A model generated the notes under the pieces. That model ran no database searches, was not told where the DNA came from, and saw nothing but the letters and a program-made list of their open reading frames with translations. This document shows, in pieces, positions 22,052-31,530 of a stretch of DNA of 64,000 nt. Origin of the DNA: Thermodesulfobacteriota bacterium (GTDB lineage: Bacteria; Desulfobacterota_D; UBA1144; Nemesobacterales; UBA2774); NCBI GenBank assembly GCA_965223335.1, contig OZ244991.1, positions 416,001-480,000 on the forward strand, read 5' to 3'. The position numbers were made by a program, and so were the translations under genes. The number at the start of each line of letters is the position of its first letter. Positions within the stretch are counted from its first letter, which is position 1.

Positions 22052-22624
22052 CTAATTCACTTCACGATCGTCATTTACACTAAACTCCATTGTATCTACT
22101 GACCCGCTATCGGTTGATGCGGTTAATGTAGCGGGATCAATTATTACATTTCCGTCAACCAGAAGTATTACAAAGGCCACACCCCTTCGGTCAGTTAGCG
22201 TATCAAACGGAGAGTCCACAAACGCCCCAAAGGCAAACCACTCTGCTATAGGAGTCAGTTCACAGCGTTGTGGACCGCATGCAAACGGGTCAACCATTTG
22301 TATAGCCCGTGCATCAGGTACACCATCTCCATTGGTATCTACTACAATGCTATTCTGACCAGCAAATGTTAGAGTCCAAAACACTCTGACCTTATTTATC
22401 GGCTCTTCCTCTTCACTTAGTACTATTGCTTGGATTGTTACCGGCTCTAGCGAATTTAATGGAATATTAATACCTTCAAGAGGGTTGAGTATCGTTACCT
22501 CTGACCCAAACGGTGCAAACGGCGGGTTAGCACCACCACATCCAATTGTCACAATCCCGTATATGAGCACTCCTAGTATTAGTGCAGGGAACACTGCCAA
22601 TCCTGCTTTGGATCTCTTGTTCAT
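22052..22624 (-). CDS. Uncharacterised lipoprotein (possible Ig-like fold, Ca-binding loop)
   Basis: Lipobox TIGC, DTNGDGVPD motif, 27 nt after the pilQ stop. Confidence 0.75.
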   Translation of the reverse strand: MNKRSKAGLAVFPALILGVLIYGIVTIGCGGANPPFAPFGSEVTILNPLEGINIPLNSLEPVTIQAIVLSEEEEPINKVRVFWTLTFAGQNSIVVDTNGDGVPDARAIQMVDPFACGPQRCELTPIAEWFAFGAFVDSPFDTLTDRRGVAFVILLVDGNVIIDPATLTASTDSGSVDTMEFSVNDDREVN

Positions 22625-22651
22625 GTCATCATCCTCCTTGTTGGTTCCACC

Positions 22652-24538
22652 TTATCTAATGATTCGCGGTGTTATAAATACAATTAACTCCCTCCGTTGG
22701 TCTGTCCTGCTGGTCCTCTCAAACAGCCATCCGAGTAGCGGTATCCTCGAGGCCCAGGGAATACTATTATTACTATCCGAAACGGTACGCTTAAAAATAC
22801 CGCCTATCACAATAGTCTCGCCGTCACTTGCCAGCACTTGAGTCTGCGCTTCATTACGGCTAATACTGGGCTGTCCCCCGGCACCAAGAGTCGAGGTGTC
22901 GGGAGCGTTATCCGTCACACTTATGTTCATCAACACTCTATTATCATTTGTTACCTGAGGTGTGACCTCTAACCTCAAAGTTGCGTCTACAAACTGGGTT
23001 TGTGTACCCGCCGCCGACACACTCAAAAACGGTATCGATACACCCTGCTCAATCCTTGCAGGCGTGTTATCGAGCGTGAGGACTTTGGGTGAAGAGAGAA
23101 TTCGACCATCGCCCCTGGTCTCGAGAGCCGAGAGCCTGAGATCTAGGTCATATGCACCTGTCAAACTGCCCAGTACCAAGCCAAACACACCTCCCGCACC
23201 CGGGCCTGCTGCCGCGGGCAGGTCGATAATAAAACTATCCCCTGTGGTCCCAAACGGACTCCCGACAGTCGTACCCCCGGCCTCTACGCTAGACGGGAAT
23301 GTGGCACCGGTCGGGTTTCCTGTAGCAGCCGATGCTGTGTAATTGAAACCCCACTGCACACCGAGCTCCCTTGTAAAATCGAGGGTCGCCGACACTATAC
23401 GCGATTCAATCAACACCTGTGGGGTTCTCGTATCCAGGCTCAGAATAAGGTCTTCGATCTGAACCACCCTGGCTGGGGTATCATTTATCAAAATGCTGTT
23501 TGTCCTGGTATCGACCCTAAGTTCTCCGCGATCACTAAGCAGCGGGTCAACCAGCGGTATTAATTCCTCGGCAGTTGCATAGTTCACAAACACCTGTTTT
23601 GTGGTGAGCGGTTCGAGTTGTTCTTTTGACTTTGCAGCCTTTTGTATAGCTGTCTGACGGGCCTGGAGGGTGTCAAGTGGTGCTACTCTCATAACGTTAC
23701 CGTCAATAAAAGCACCCAGTCCTGCGTCTTCGAGGATTACATCGAGTGCCTGGTCCCAGGGCACATTAGCCAACTTGAGTGTCACAGTACCTGTTACATT
23801 CCTAGCGATAATCATGTTAAAACCGCTTATATCGGAAATAATTCGAAGCACATCACGTATATCAGCATCCTTAAAATCAAAAGACACCAGCTGTCCGCGA
23901 TAGGTCTTGGTAACGCCAGGAACTGTTGTCAACCTAAAATCAAACGCATAAAGGTCTTCGTTGTTGACCTCAACCGTTACGTCCTCCTGTGTTTCAGTCT
24001 GCTGCACACGTGAGGTCCCGAAGTTAAGCGTGAGCATGTTACCGTCCTGCCCAACCTCTACGGGCACATCCCCTTCTTTTAACTCAATTACCACTATGAC
24101 ATCGTCCTCGTTAACAGGATCCCTAAACGACGATATAAATGTAAGCGGGCTATCGAAATCGCTTACATCACGAGATATCTGGAACTTATCTGCCAATATT
24201 ACGTTCTTTAGTTTCAAGCTTACTTTATTTGTCTCGTCCGCAAGCCTCTTGAACTCTGCCTGTTGCGAAGTACCAATGGTGACTATCCCGACCCCTTCTT
24301 TAACCTCAAAACCAATGCTCTCCACACTGTTAAACGTAGCAGGGTAAGTTGTGTCAGCTTGAGCAATAATTAAAGTCGCAGTATTACCGCTACGAGGAAT
24401 CGCTGGGGAGTGGGACATCGACACATACGGTGTCTGATTGGTAGTCAGATTTGACGAGTGCGCCAAATCCGCATCAGTGATACTTGATAAAATAAGAATG
24501 CTAATTATCAGAATTGTATTTAGTAAAAACCTCATCAC
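22652..24538 (-). CDS. pilQ: Type IV pilus secretin
   Basis: SFDFKDADIRDV, VPWDQALD, QVLIESRIV, IPLLGWLF, ELIVFITPRI; follows pilMNOP. Confidence 0.95.
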   Translation of the reverse strand: MMRFLLNTILIISILILSSITDADLAHSSNLTTNQTPYVSMSHSPAIPRSGNTATLIIAQADTTYPATFNSVESIGFEVKEGVGIVTIGTSQQAEFKRLADETNKVSLKLKNVILADKFQISRDVSDFDSPLTFISSFRDPVNEDDVIVVIELKEGDVPVEVGQDGNMLTLNFGTSRVQQTETQEDVTVEVNNEDLYAFDFRLTTVPGVTKTYRGQLVSFDFKDADIRDVLRIISDISGFNMIIARNVTGTVTLKLANVPWDQALDVILEDAGLGAFIDGNVMRVAPLDTLQARQTAIQKAAKSKEQLEPLTTKQVFVNYATAEELIPLVDPLLSDRGELRVDTRTNSILINDTPARVVQIEDLILSLDTRTPQVLIESRIVSATLDFTRELGVQWGFNYTASAATGNPTGATFPSSVEAGGTTVGSPFGTTGDSFIIDLPAAAGPGAGGVFGLVLGSLTGAYDLDLRLSALETRGDGRILSSPKVLTLDNTPARIEQGVSIPFLSVSAAGTQTQFVDATLRLEVTPQVTNDNRVLMNISVTDNAPDTSTLGAGGQPSISRNEAQTQVLASDGETIVIGGIFKRTVSDSNNSIPWASRIPLLGWLFERTSRTDQRRELIVFITPRIIR

Positions 24539-24599
24539 ACCATCCTCCTTAAACTTGTTCGACCTCCTCAGATTAGCCTCATAACTATTATCAACTACC

Positions 24600-25238
24600 T
24601 CATTCCTCTCTAAACGCGAGGACCGATTCCTTTACCTCGATTTTTACTTCCCCATACAAGTTTTCATAGCGTTTTTTTTCTTGGACCATTAACCCACTTT
24701 GTCTCACTTCGGTAATCTCACCCTCTTCATTTCCTATCTCGTCACCTACACCCAATGAATACGTATTGCCCTCGGGATCTACTACCATGCCCTGCGGTTC
24801 ACCACTTACAGAAATTATTCCAACCAATCTGAATTCATTTAGAGGATATTTTTTGATCGGAGGCAGAATCTCTTTCACTGTGGGCTTAATTTCCTCTACG
24901 GTCTTGATAAAAGGTTTAAACGGATCCCTCTTACCCTTTGCATCATAGAGCGGGAATTCTCGTGCAACTCTGTTTTTCTTAAGCGTCTTTGTGCCTTCCG
25001 CAGCTTGATCAGGAACCTTTGTTTCACTCTCTACATTCGAATACGTTTTCCCTTGTGTATTCTCCTCATCCTCTTTTTTATCTTTGCGATTTTTCTCTTT
25101 TGCTTCCTGTATACGTTTAAAGCCCTCTTTCACGGCAGTATCTACCGAACCATCATCCCCGTTATCAGCCAATCCGGTATTAACACCGATGGCGAGTAGT
25201 ATAAAAAACATTATCAATAAATTTAATATTCTATTCAT
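24600..25238 (-). CDS. pilP: Type IV pilus assembly protein PilP
   Basis: KRDPFKP, YPLNEFRLVGI, GDEIG motifs; position in operon; alternative start 25253. Confidence 0.88.
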   Translation of the reverse strand: MNRILNLLIMFFILLAIGVNTGLADNGDDGSVDTAVKEGFKRIQEAKEKNRKDKKEDEENTQGKTYSNVESETKVPDQAAEGTKTLKKNRVAREFPLYDAKGKRDPFKPFIKTVEEIKPTVKEILPPIKKYPLNEFRLVGIISVSGEPQGMVVDPEGNTYSLGVGDEIGNEEGEITEVRQSGLMVQEKKRYENLYGEVKIEVKESVLAFREE

Positions 25239-25274
25239 TTGTGTTCTCACCAAAACTTAATTAGAAAACTTTTA

Positions 25275-25922
25275 CTAACCCTGTTTCTTGCCTCTCTTTG
25301 GTCTGGCTTTTCGTTTGCCCTTGTCCTGTGTAGGAGGAGGTTGCACATTGGGCAGCAGTCTAAATGTCACTACGTTGAATTTTGCATTGAGACGCACCTT
25401 ATTGCCTTTTATATCCTCTCGTTCCAGGTCCAGATTCCTGGCATTTACAATCCTCGGCAACCTGGCTATGCGATCAAAGAAACTGGCTAATTCATAGTAT
25501 GTGCCGTTTACCTCCATCTCTATTGGGATTTCGGCATATATATCCTTTTGGACCTGCCCTTTGGGGGCAAATATTACAGAATCCAGATTAGATGCAGAGA
25601 TCTCTTCGTATACATTATCAATTAGAGCGGGGATCTCTTTTTCTTTAGGTAGTTTTTGTGCAATTTGCTCAAACTCTCTTTCCAGTTTCTCGAACTCCCT
25701 TTTAAATCTTGGGAGCTCCCTCTGCACAGATTGGTATTCACTTAATGTCTTTTGGGCCTGTCGTAGCTTTGCTTGCTCTACCTTTAGCTTTTGTGCATTA
25801 GGGGACCAGATAAAATACCAGTATCCCCCGGCCAAAAGCGCAATGATCACGATTAAGCTCAGAACCTTATTCCTGGTCGACTGTGCGTTAAGAAACGCTG
25901 TGATTCTTTCTATAAACGACAT
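25275..25922 (-). CDS. pilO: Type IV pilus assembly protein PilO
   Basis: TM plus coiled coil, LPKEKEIPALI, YAEIPI, LPRIVN. Confidence 0.93.
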   Translation of the reverse strand: MSFIERITAFLNAQSTRNKVLSLIVIIALLAGGYWYFIWSPNAQKLKVEQAKLRQAQKTLSEYQSVQRELPRFKREFEKLEREFEQIAQKLPKEKEIPALIDNVYEEISASNLDSVIFAPKGQVQKDIYAEIPIEMEVNGTYYELASFFDRIARLPRIVNARNLDLEREDIKGNKVRLNAKFNVVTFRLLPNVQPPPTQDKGKRKARPKRGKKQG

Positions 25923-25924
25923 AT

Positions 25925-26530
25925 CTACCTCTTTTTTGCTCCCTTGGGCTTAGTTTCCTGCTTTTCGGACTCTTCCGGTTTTTTAGTTTCACCCGAATAA
26001 TTCAGCTTTGCCTCTATCACAAAACTGCTAAGATCTTTCTCACGCATATTTGTCTTTTTCATGACACCCAGCTCCACATTTGTAAAGTAAGGCGATTTTT
26101 GCAGCGCTTCCATAAAATCCGCCACTGTAAACTCATCCCAAGCCACACCCTCCATCTTTGCCGCGTTACCCTTCTCGGTAAAATCGTCTATCCATGCCCT
26201 GCTTGGTATCGCATTAGCAAGCGAATCCATCACAAAAAGAGGACCTGTACGATTTTGTTCCAGCACATTTATCACATCGATCCGTCGTGCCAGCTCTTTA
26301 TTCTTCTTTTTAAATTCCTCAACCTGTTCTTTTACTTTTTCCAGTTGTGCGATCCTTCTCTCTGTTTGTTTAGTCTTTGCTTGCACCTCTCCCAGCTTTC
26401 TATCCTGCAGCAAGTGTGTTGCAAAAATCACTGCCAGTACCGCGAGTATGATAAAAACTCCCAGGATAAGTTCTCCTATTCCGCGGTATTCACGCCGCTC
26501 GGCTACTGGAAGAAGATTAATCTTTATCAA
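25925..26530 (-). CDS. pilN: Type IV pilus assembly protein PilN
   Basis: IKINLLP N-terminal motif, TM, coiled coil. Confidence 0.93.
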   Translation of the reverse strand: MIKINLLPVAERREYRGIGELILGVFIILAVLAVIFATHLLQDRKLGEVQAKTKQTERRIAQLEKVKEQVEEFKKKNKELARRIDVINVLEQNRTGPLFVMDSLANAIPSRAWIDDFTEKGNAAKMEGVAWDEFTVADFMEALQKSPYFTNVELGVMKKTNMREKDLSSFVIEAKLNYSGETKKPEESEKQETKPKGAKKR

Positions 26531-27576
26531 GATTTATCCCCCGGTTTCCTAGTTGCAAGTCCCATAACAACCCCCATCTTCGGGGCAACATCCTCCAGAT
26601 AATCTGGATCAAAGTCCTTGTCGCTATACAATATGTTTTTAAATGGATCAAGCATCTCAACATCTATCTCAGCAACATCTTTTAGCAAATCAGACAGACC
26701 CGATACTTTTGCAGAGCCCCCGCTTAGCATTATGCTGTTTACCTGTTCTTTCCACAGTGTAGAAGCAAAGAAATCAATAGTCCTCTTAATCTCGCTGCAC
26801 ATTAGATCTGCAAAATCGTTGCTCAATCTCTCGAGTTCAGGGGCGGCCTCGCCGCTCTGAATGGTCAGTTTCATCTGCTCCGCCTCTTCAAAGCTGGTGT
26901 TAAACTCCTGCACGATACGTTCTGTAAACTGATCTCCTCCGGTCGTTATGTCTCTGGTGAAAATTGAAACCCCTTCTCTCAATATATTTATGTTTGTTAC
27001 AGATGCCCCTATATTTACCAAAGCTGTTATGCCCTGTGTGCTGTCATAGTTGGCATCGTACATATTTTCCAACGCAAACACATCGACATCCACAACCACT
27101 GGGTTTAATCCAACCTCACTCACAATTGATACATAGTCGTTGGTTATGTCTTTTTTAGCTGCTACGATCAGCACGTCCATATTACCGTCGGCTGTTTCAC
27201 CCGGCAGATGCTGAAAATCATAGTTGACCTCTTCTATGCTCTGAGGGATGTACTGCTCAAGTTCCCATGGGATTGATTCCCGCAGCTCGCTCTCTGTCAT
27301 TTTCGGTAAACTCACTTTTTTAATTATCACCGAGTGACCGGAAATCGAAATAACAACGTTTTTAGTTTTAACCCTTAGATCCCCAATAAGCCCGGACAAT
27401 GCCTCGGCAACCGCATCGGGGTTACTAATCACCTTATTGACGATCGCCTGATGGGGTAACAGAGCCTCGCCCATGTTCTTAAGTTGGTAGCCCTTTTTCG
27501 TTTTCTTAAGCTCGATGAGCTTAATAGCATTAGAGCCGATATCTAGTCCTACTACTTCTTTTTTACCTAAAAACAA
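26527..27576 (-). CDS. pilM: Type IV pilus assembly protein PilM
   Basis: GLDIGS, actin/FtsA-like motifs, LSGGSA; TTG start after AGGAGG. Confidence 0.95.
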   Translation of the reverse strand: MFLGKKEVVGLDIGSNAIKLIELKKTKKGYQLKNMGEALLPHQAIVNKVISNPDAVAEALSGLIGDLRVKTKNVVISISGHSVIIKKVSLPKMTESELRESIPWELEQYIPQSIEEVNYDFQHLPGETADGNMDVLIVAAKKDITNDYVSIVSEVGLNPVVVDVDVFALENMYDANYDSTQGITALVNIGASVTNINILREGVSIFTRDITTGGDQFTERIVQEFNTSFEEAEQMKLTIQSGEAAPELERLSNDFADLMCSEIKRTIDFFASTLWKEQVNSIMLSGGSAKVSGLSDLLKDVAEIDVEMLDPFKNILYSDKDFDPDYLEDVAPKMGVVMGLATRKPGDKS

Positions 27577-27703
27577 GTCATCCTCCTAAGTTACAATAGT
27601 AATTTAACCATCTTTTTTAACTTTTTGCAATACTTTTTTTATTATCTGAATTTCCGCTTTAAATATTGTACATAGATATCTGTAATACCTATGTTTCACA
27701 TAA

Positions 27704-27818
27704 TGATTGTTTGGGTTGATGCAAGAACGGAGAATTGGAGAAAGAATTGGTTTCAGAACAGACTAATTGCGCGATTTCCTCTCTATGTTGCTTACAACTA
27801 AACCCATCATCACTCCTT
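27704..27818. ncRNA. Candidate structured RNA/leader hairpin overlapping a 15-aa minus-strand uORF (27763-27810)
   Basis: Long imperfect inverted repeat folded by eye (apical AATTGGTTT/AGACTAATT, GGAGA/TTTCC, GCAA/TTGC, GTTTGG/CTAAAC); no known family recognised. Confidence 0.35.
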
Positions 27819-27913
27819 AATAGTATAACTTCAAAACACCGAATATATACTAAATAATTTGCAACATGCCCTACCGAAACAACAATATTTTGGCACCAAG
27901 ACCTACAAGCTCA

Positions 27914-27942
27914 AAAATACTGCCGATCATATTTATTGTCAA
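27914..27942 (-). promoter_or_regulatory. Sigma70-type promoter facing pilM
   Basis: TTGACA-N17-TATTTT on the minus strand. Confidence 0.5.
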
Positions 27943-28039
27943 TAGTAAAGAGACTCGAGTCCCCTAACCCATAGGTATGAGAAAATCAATATTAGAAAGC
28001 AGGTGCGATATTCAACTCAAGTAGGTTATTAAGATTTAC

Positions 28040-28411
28040 TCAGTTCACATTATTTTCGTAGTAAATCTCTACTTCTTTAGAAAATACATTGGCGGGGTCA
28101 GACTCTACTGTAACACTAAAGAATGCTCTCTCAGACGGAAACAGCACCTCATTGGAACCTTCCTCGAACAAAGATAGAGAATTCGACTCTATAGTATTGC
28201 CTTTATCGTCTTTAAGTATTATGACCACGTAGATGGAGTTCACAGGGGTATCACCAGAATTTACTACAGCTCCGTTAAATTCAAGCGAACCATCGCTGTT
28301 AACGCTCTCCAAAATAGGCCCCGAGAGACCCACCGCACCGTCCCCTTCAGGTGCCGCACATCCCCACGCGCCCATAATGCAAATAGCTACAATAAGTAAT
28401 AAACGTTTCAT
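28040..28411 (-). CDS. FxLYD-like Ig-fold lipoprotein
   Basis: Lipobox AWGC; G.VVNSGD....IYVVIILKDDKGN pattern; ATGA overlap. Confidence 0.75.
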   Translation of the reverse strand: MKRLLLIVAICIMGAWGCAAPEGDGAVGLSGPILESVNSDGSLEFNGAVVNSGDTPVNSIYVVIILKDDKGNTIESNSLSLFEEGSNEVLFPSERAFFSVTVESDPANVFSKEVEIYYENNVN

Positions 28412-29178
28412 CCTTTCCTCTTACCAGCAAGATCCGAAATAGCAATAACGTTTTTACCCACGTCCTGCTTTTTCTTCGGCTCTTCCGTCACATCGTCATC
28501 CTTGTGATCCTCTATAATATCACCCAATATCTTGTGCATGATCTTAAGAGCACCTATCGAATGCTCTTTCAAATACCCTTTCTCTACCCTCTCAAACACC
28601 TCTTCGCGCTTCCTTCTCATTAAGAGGTAGAAAATAAACGCCTGGTTGTTCAAAACCACAAGCATTGCTGCATACAACAGATAGTTATCTGCAAATACCT
28701 TTTTTAGTATAGCCTTGGTATTGGAATTGATTTTTACAAGCCCAAAGGGCTCCTGTGCCAACGATGTTGTAAACGGAACCGATACCGATATAACACCGTT
28801 TGCGTTTTTAACCGTGTAGCCTTCCTCGGGATAAAACTCTTTCATAAACAACCCCGATGCCGAACCCCTCTCTATATCCTGCTTAAACACAACACTAAAA
28901 AACTTTGGAGCTATCTCGAATGTATTAAAGAGCTTCTTTCTACCCAACCGTTTATCCAAAAACATATAGAACTCATCACTCGTAGGGGCCTTGCCCTGCT
29001 CCATAAAGAAGTCACTGGCCTGGTCCCCGATGGTCTCGGCTATTGCACGCGTTTTGGTTACAAAATCCGTTTTTGCCCTATCGAACTGGAACAAAAACAC
29101 GAGCCCTATTAGAGCCAGAATAAAGAGCTCTATACCAATGGCCTTTAAAATTGTGGATATATCCGTTTTTATGCGCAT
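28408..29178 (-). CDS. Uncharacterised two-TM membrane protein with extracytoplasmic domain
   Basis: TM near residues 10-32, loop of about 130 aa, second TM, charged tail; overlaps both neighbours. Confidence 0.8.
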   Translation of the reverse strand: MRIKTDISTILKAIGIELFILALIGLVFLFQFDRAKTDFVTKTRAIAETIGDQASDFFMEQGKAPTSDEFYMFLDKRLGRKKLFNTFEIAPKFFSVVFKQDIERGSASGLFMKEFYPEEGYTVKNANGVISVSVPFTTSLAQEPFGLVKINSNTKAILKKVFADNYLLYAAMLVVLNNQAFIFYLLMRRKREEVFERVEKGYLKEHSIGALKIMHKILGDIIEDHKDDDVTEEPKKKQDVGKNVIAISDLAGKRKG

Positions 29179-29582
29179 TTCATGAACTGCTCGAGTATTT
29201 CCTGCACTCCTTTATCTTTTGTATGTCTTAACAACATAAATATCATGCCCCCGAAATCGCGGCGCATCTCTTCGTTTAGGCTTCTATACAGGTTTATTAG
29301 TGATTTCTCAGCCTCTGTTAATACTTCCATGCTTTCTTCATGGATCTCTTCTTTTTCCATGAATTTTCTAAGGCGTTCTTTACGGGCTACGTTCCATAAC
29401 TCCTCTGAATTTATCTCTAGGATCACAGCAATTTGCTGGCACCTATCCATTGTGGGAGCATCTACCTTTCCGGTTTCAAGCTGGTGGATAAACACGCTCG
29501 ATACTTCAAGGGAACGCGCAAGATCCTCTTGAGTAATATTTTTTTCCTTCCTCCTACTCTTGAGATAGTCTCCGAATTTCAT
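29169..29582 (-). CDS. XRE/Cro-family HTH transcriptional regulator
   Basis: FGDYLKSRRKEKNITQEDLA...IHQLETGK. Confidence 0.92.
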   Translation of the reverse strand: MKFGDYLKSRRKEKNITQEDLARSLEVSSVFIHQLETGKVDAPTMDRCQQIAVILEINSEELWNVARKERLRKFMEKEEIHEESMEVLTEAEKSLINLYRSLNEEMRRDFGGMIFMLLRHTKDKGVQEILEQFMKCA

Positions 29583-29647
29583 GTATATAGCCTCCTGAAC
29601 TATACAATTCAGCTGTTGTTTTGGTATATTCCACCCACTCTAAGATA

Positions 29648-29668
29648 TTACATTAATTATACATGTAA
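29648..29668. promoter_or_regulatory. Putative XRE operator
   Basis: TTACAT-N9-ATGTAA palindrome within a minus-strand TTGCAT...TAATAT promoter-like sequence. Confidence 0.4.
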
Positions 29669-29759
29669 ATGCAAGGATTGATACTGGATAAATATGCGTG
29701 AATCACTATTTAGATGAATATTGCCAATTCCGCTAATTTGCTTAACAAAAAAGAAATTA

Positions 29760-29832
29760 TGCCCGGAGACGGAATTGAACCGCCGACACGAGGATTTTCA
29801 ATCCTCTGCTCTACCGACTGAGCTATCCGGGC
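29760..29832 (-). tRNA. tRNA-Phe(GAA), CCA not encoded
   Basis: GCCCGGA...GAGGA-TT-GAA-AA-TCCTC...GGTTCAATTCC...TCCGGGCA (73 nt). Confidence 0.97.
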
Positions 29833-29955
29833 ACATGCTCGTACAAATCTATAGAATGTTTTTTATCAGATAAAAACAAGAGCCTTATACTACCTAATCA
29901 CAAACTCACGTGCAAGCATTGCCGTAGTTCAACAACACGGCCTCAAAATGACAAA

Positions 29956-29992
29956 GGGAGAACAGCCATCTGATCTAGAGAACTGTTCTCCC
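29956..29992 (-). terminator. Probable terminator of the amtB-porin operon
   Basis: 10-bp stem GGGAGAACAG/CTGTTCTCCC followed by TTTGTCATTTT on the minus strand. Confidence 0.55.
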
Positions 29993-30061
29993 ACTTGCCC
30001 ACACAAAGGAGATATAGAGAATCTGTTTATATTTATTTTCTAACTATTCATTATCTAACTT

Positions 30062-31429
30062 CTATAAATCAATCCAATACAACAACTGTCCGGTTAACCC
30101 ATACTGGTTCTTTGAAAACGTTCCGTCTTCGGTCTCGAAATACTCTTCATCCGAGCGGTCCCACCTAAACTCGGCACGGGCCTCGAAGTTGTCAAGGAAC
30201 TTGTTGGCTGCAATAAGCCCTTTAAACGGCTTAAAAGCTATAGTAGGAGTGACCTCAAAGAGCTTCTGGCCACCTGCAAAATCGGTCCTGAAACCCTCCT
30301 TGTCGTCGAAGTACTCAGCCCTAACCGCCAGTGTTACCGCGGGGTGCACATCCATCACAACGTATCCTGCTATACCCCACCACGACACATTTTCAGCCTC
30401 AGCACCCGGCACAAGTATCACGTCCTGCTGCCACCCAAAGTCCGCGTCCACTACAAATGTGAGCCATTCGTTCAGTGTCAGGCTGCCCACCACTGTCACA
30501 AGCTCACGCCATCCGTTACTCGATGCCGATGCTACATCGTCACTAACCTCTACGAGTTCTCTACCGAAATAACCGGTTACACCGATCCATAGGTCCGAAA
30601 TAGCACCCCCGGAGTGGCTAAACGCGATCTGACCCTCTATGGTCTTATCGTCGTTTAGGTCCTTAACCTGGTCCCAACCGTTGTTTAGACCTGCGGTCAA
30701 TGTCACTGGGCCCGCCGTGTAATCAGCCCTTATACCGGTGTGAGTAAACGGTATGGCAAAACCGAATAGTATTGACCTTGTAATGTTTGGGTTATTCTTG
30801 GCCTCAATAACCTCGTACCCAGCAAGTGTCACGAATTTACCCGCATAGATGTTTATGCCGTTTCCTACCGGTGCCAGCACCTGTAGATAGGCTTGATATG
30901 GATCTACCACGTCGCTGCTAAGTCCATTGGACGCAAGTAACGGTGCCTGCTCACCAAATAGTATGTCGGCTTTAAACCCTAGCAGATCCATCACACCCCC
31001 ACCCATTGTCGGGGTTTTACCCACAGAGATCGTGAATGCGTTGATCGAGAATTCATTGTTATCAGGGTAGAGCGACCTCAACTGAATGCTGTTCGAGGTA
31101 TCTCTATCGAACACATACTGATAGGTTGTGTCAACAGAAAAACCCAAGTCTATGGAATCAAAAAAGGTCAGTACACCGTCATATTTTTGATCCTTCTCCT
31201 CCTGTTTGGTAATAAACTCTTCCATCTTCACATCTTGAGTAGCCTTCTCGGCCTCGAGCTGATCAATCTTTCTAAGCAGCTCCTCATTCTGTTTGCGGTT
31301 CTCCTCTACCGCACGTCTCAGCTCTTCTATCTGTTGGGCCTGTGACTCGCTATCCGCCATTGAATCAACAGCATGAAGCGGCACGAGCATAACACCCATG
31401 ACCAAAACAAATAATAACCTCATCAACAT
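30062..31429 (-). CDS. Outer-membrane beta-barrel porin (DUF1597/BBP2-like) with N-terminal coiled coil
   Basis: Signal peptide, QAY, GKFVTLAGYEVIE, PFTHTGIR, NGWD, RAEYFDD; AAGGAGG SD before ATG 31429. Confidence 0.82.
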   Translation of the reverse strand: MLMRLLFVLVMGVMLVPLHAVDSMADSESQAQQIEELRRAVEENRKQNEELLRKIDQLEAEKATQDVKMEEFITKQEEKDQKYDGVLTFFDSIDLGFSVDTTYQYVFDRDTSNSIQLRSLYPDNNEFSINAFTISVGKTPTMGGGVMDLLGFKADILFGEQAPLLASNGLSSDVVDPYQAYLQVLAPVGNGINIYAGKFVTLAGYEVIEAKNNPNITRSILFGFAIPFTHTGIRADYTAGPVTLTAGLNNGWDQVKDLNDDKTIEGQIAFSHSGGAISDLWIGVTGYFGRELVEVSDDVASASSNGWRELVTVVGSLTLNEWLTFVVDADFGWQQDVILVPGAEAENVSWWGIAGYVVMDVHPAVTLAVRAEYFDDKEGFRTDFAGGQKLFEVTPTIAFKPFKGLIAANKFLDNFEARAEFRWDRSDEEYFETEDGTFSKNQYGLTGQLLYWIDL

Positions 31430-31481
31430 AAGAACCTCCTTCAAGAAATTAATTACGCATACGACTCATCTAAAAAATTGT

Positions 31482-31513
31482 CCGAGGTACCCGGAGTTAC
31501 CCTGGCACCTCGG
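31482..31513 (-). other. Intercistronic stem-loop between amtB and the porin gene
   Basis: CCGAGGTGCC/GGTACCTCGG stem followed by ACAATTTTTT. Confidence 0.5.
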
Positions 31514-31530
31514 GTATAATTTTATTTTTG

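Noticed and set aside
27661..27890. 6S or SRP RNA assignment for the pilM-upstream hairpin
   Set aside because: No SRP GGAA loop or CAGG-AGCA motif; outer stems are AT-rich and the bubble is very asymmetric; needs a covariance-model search
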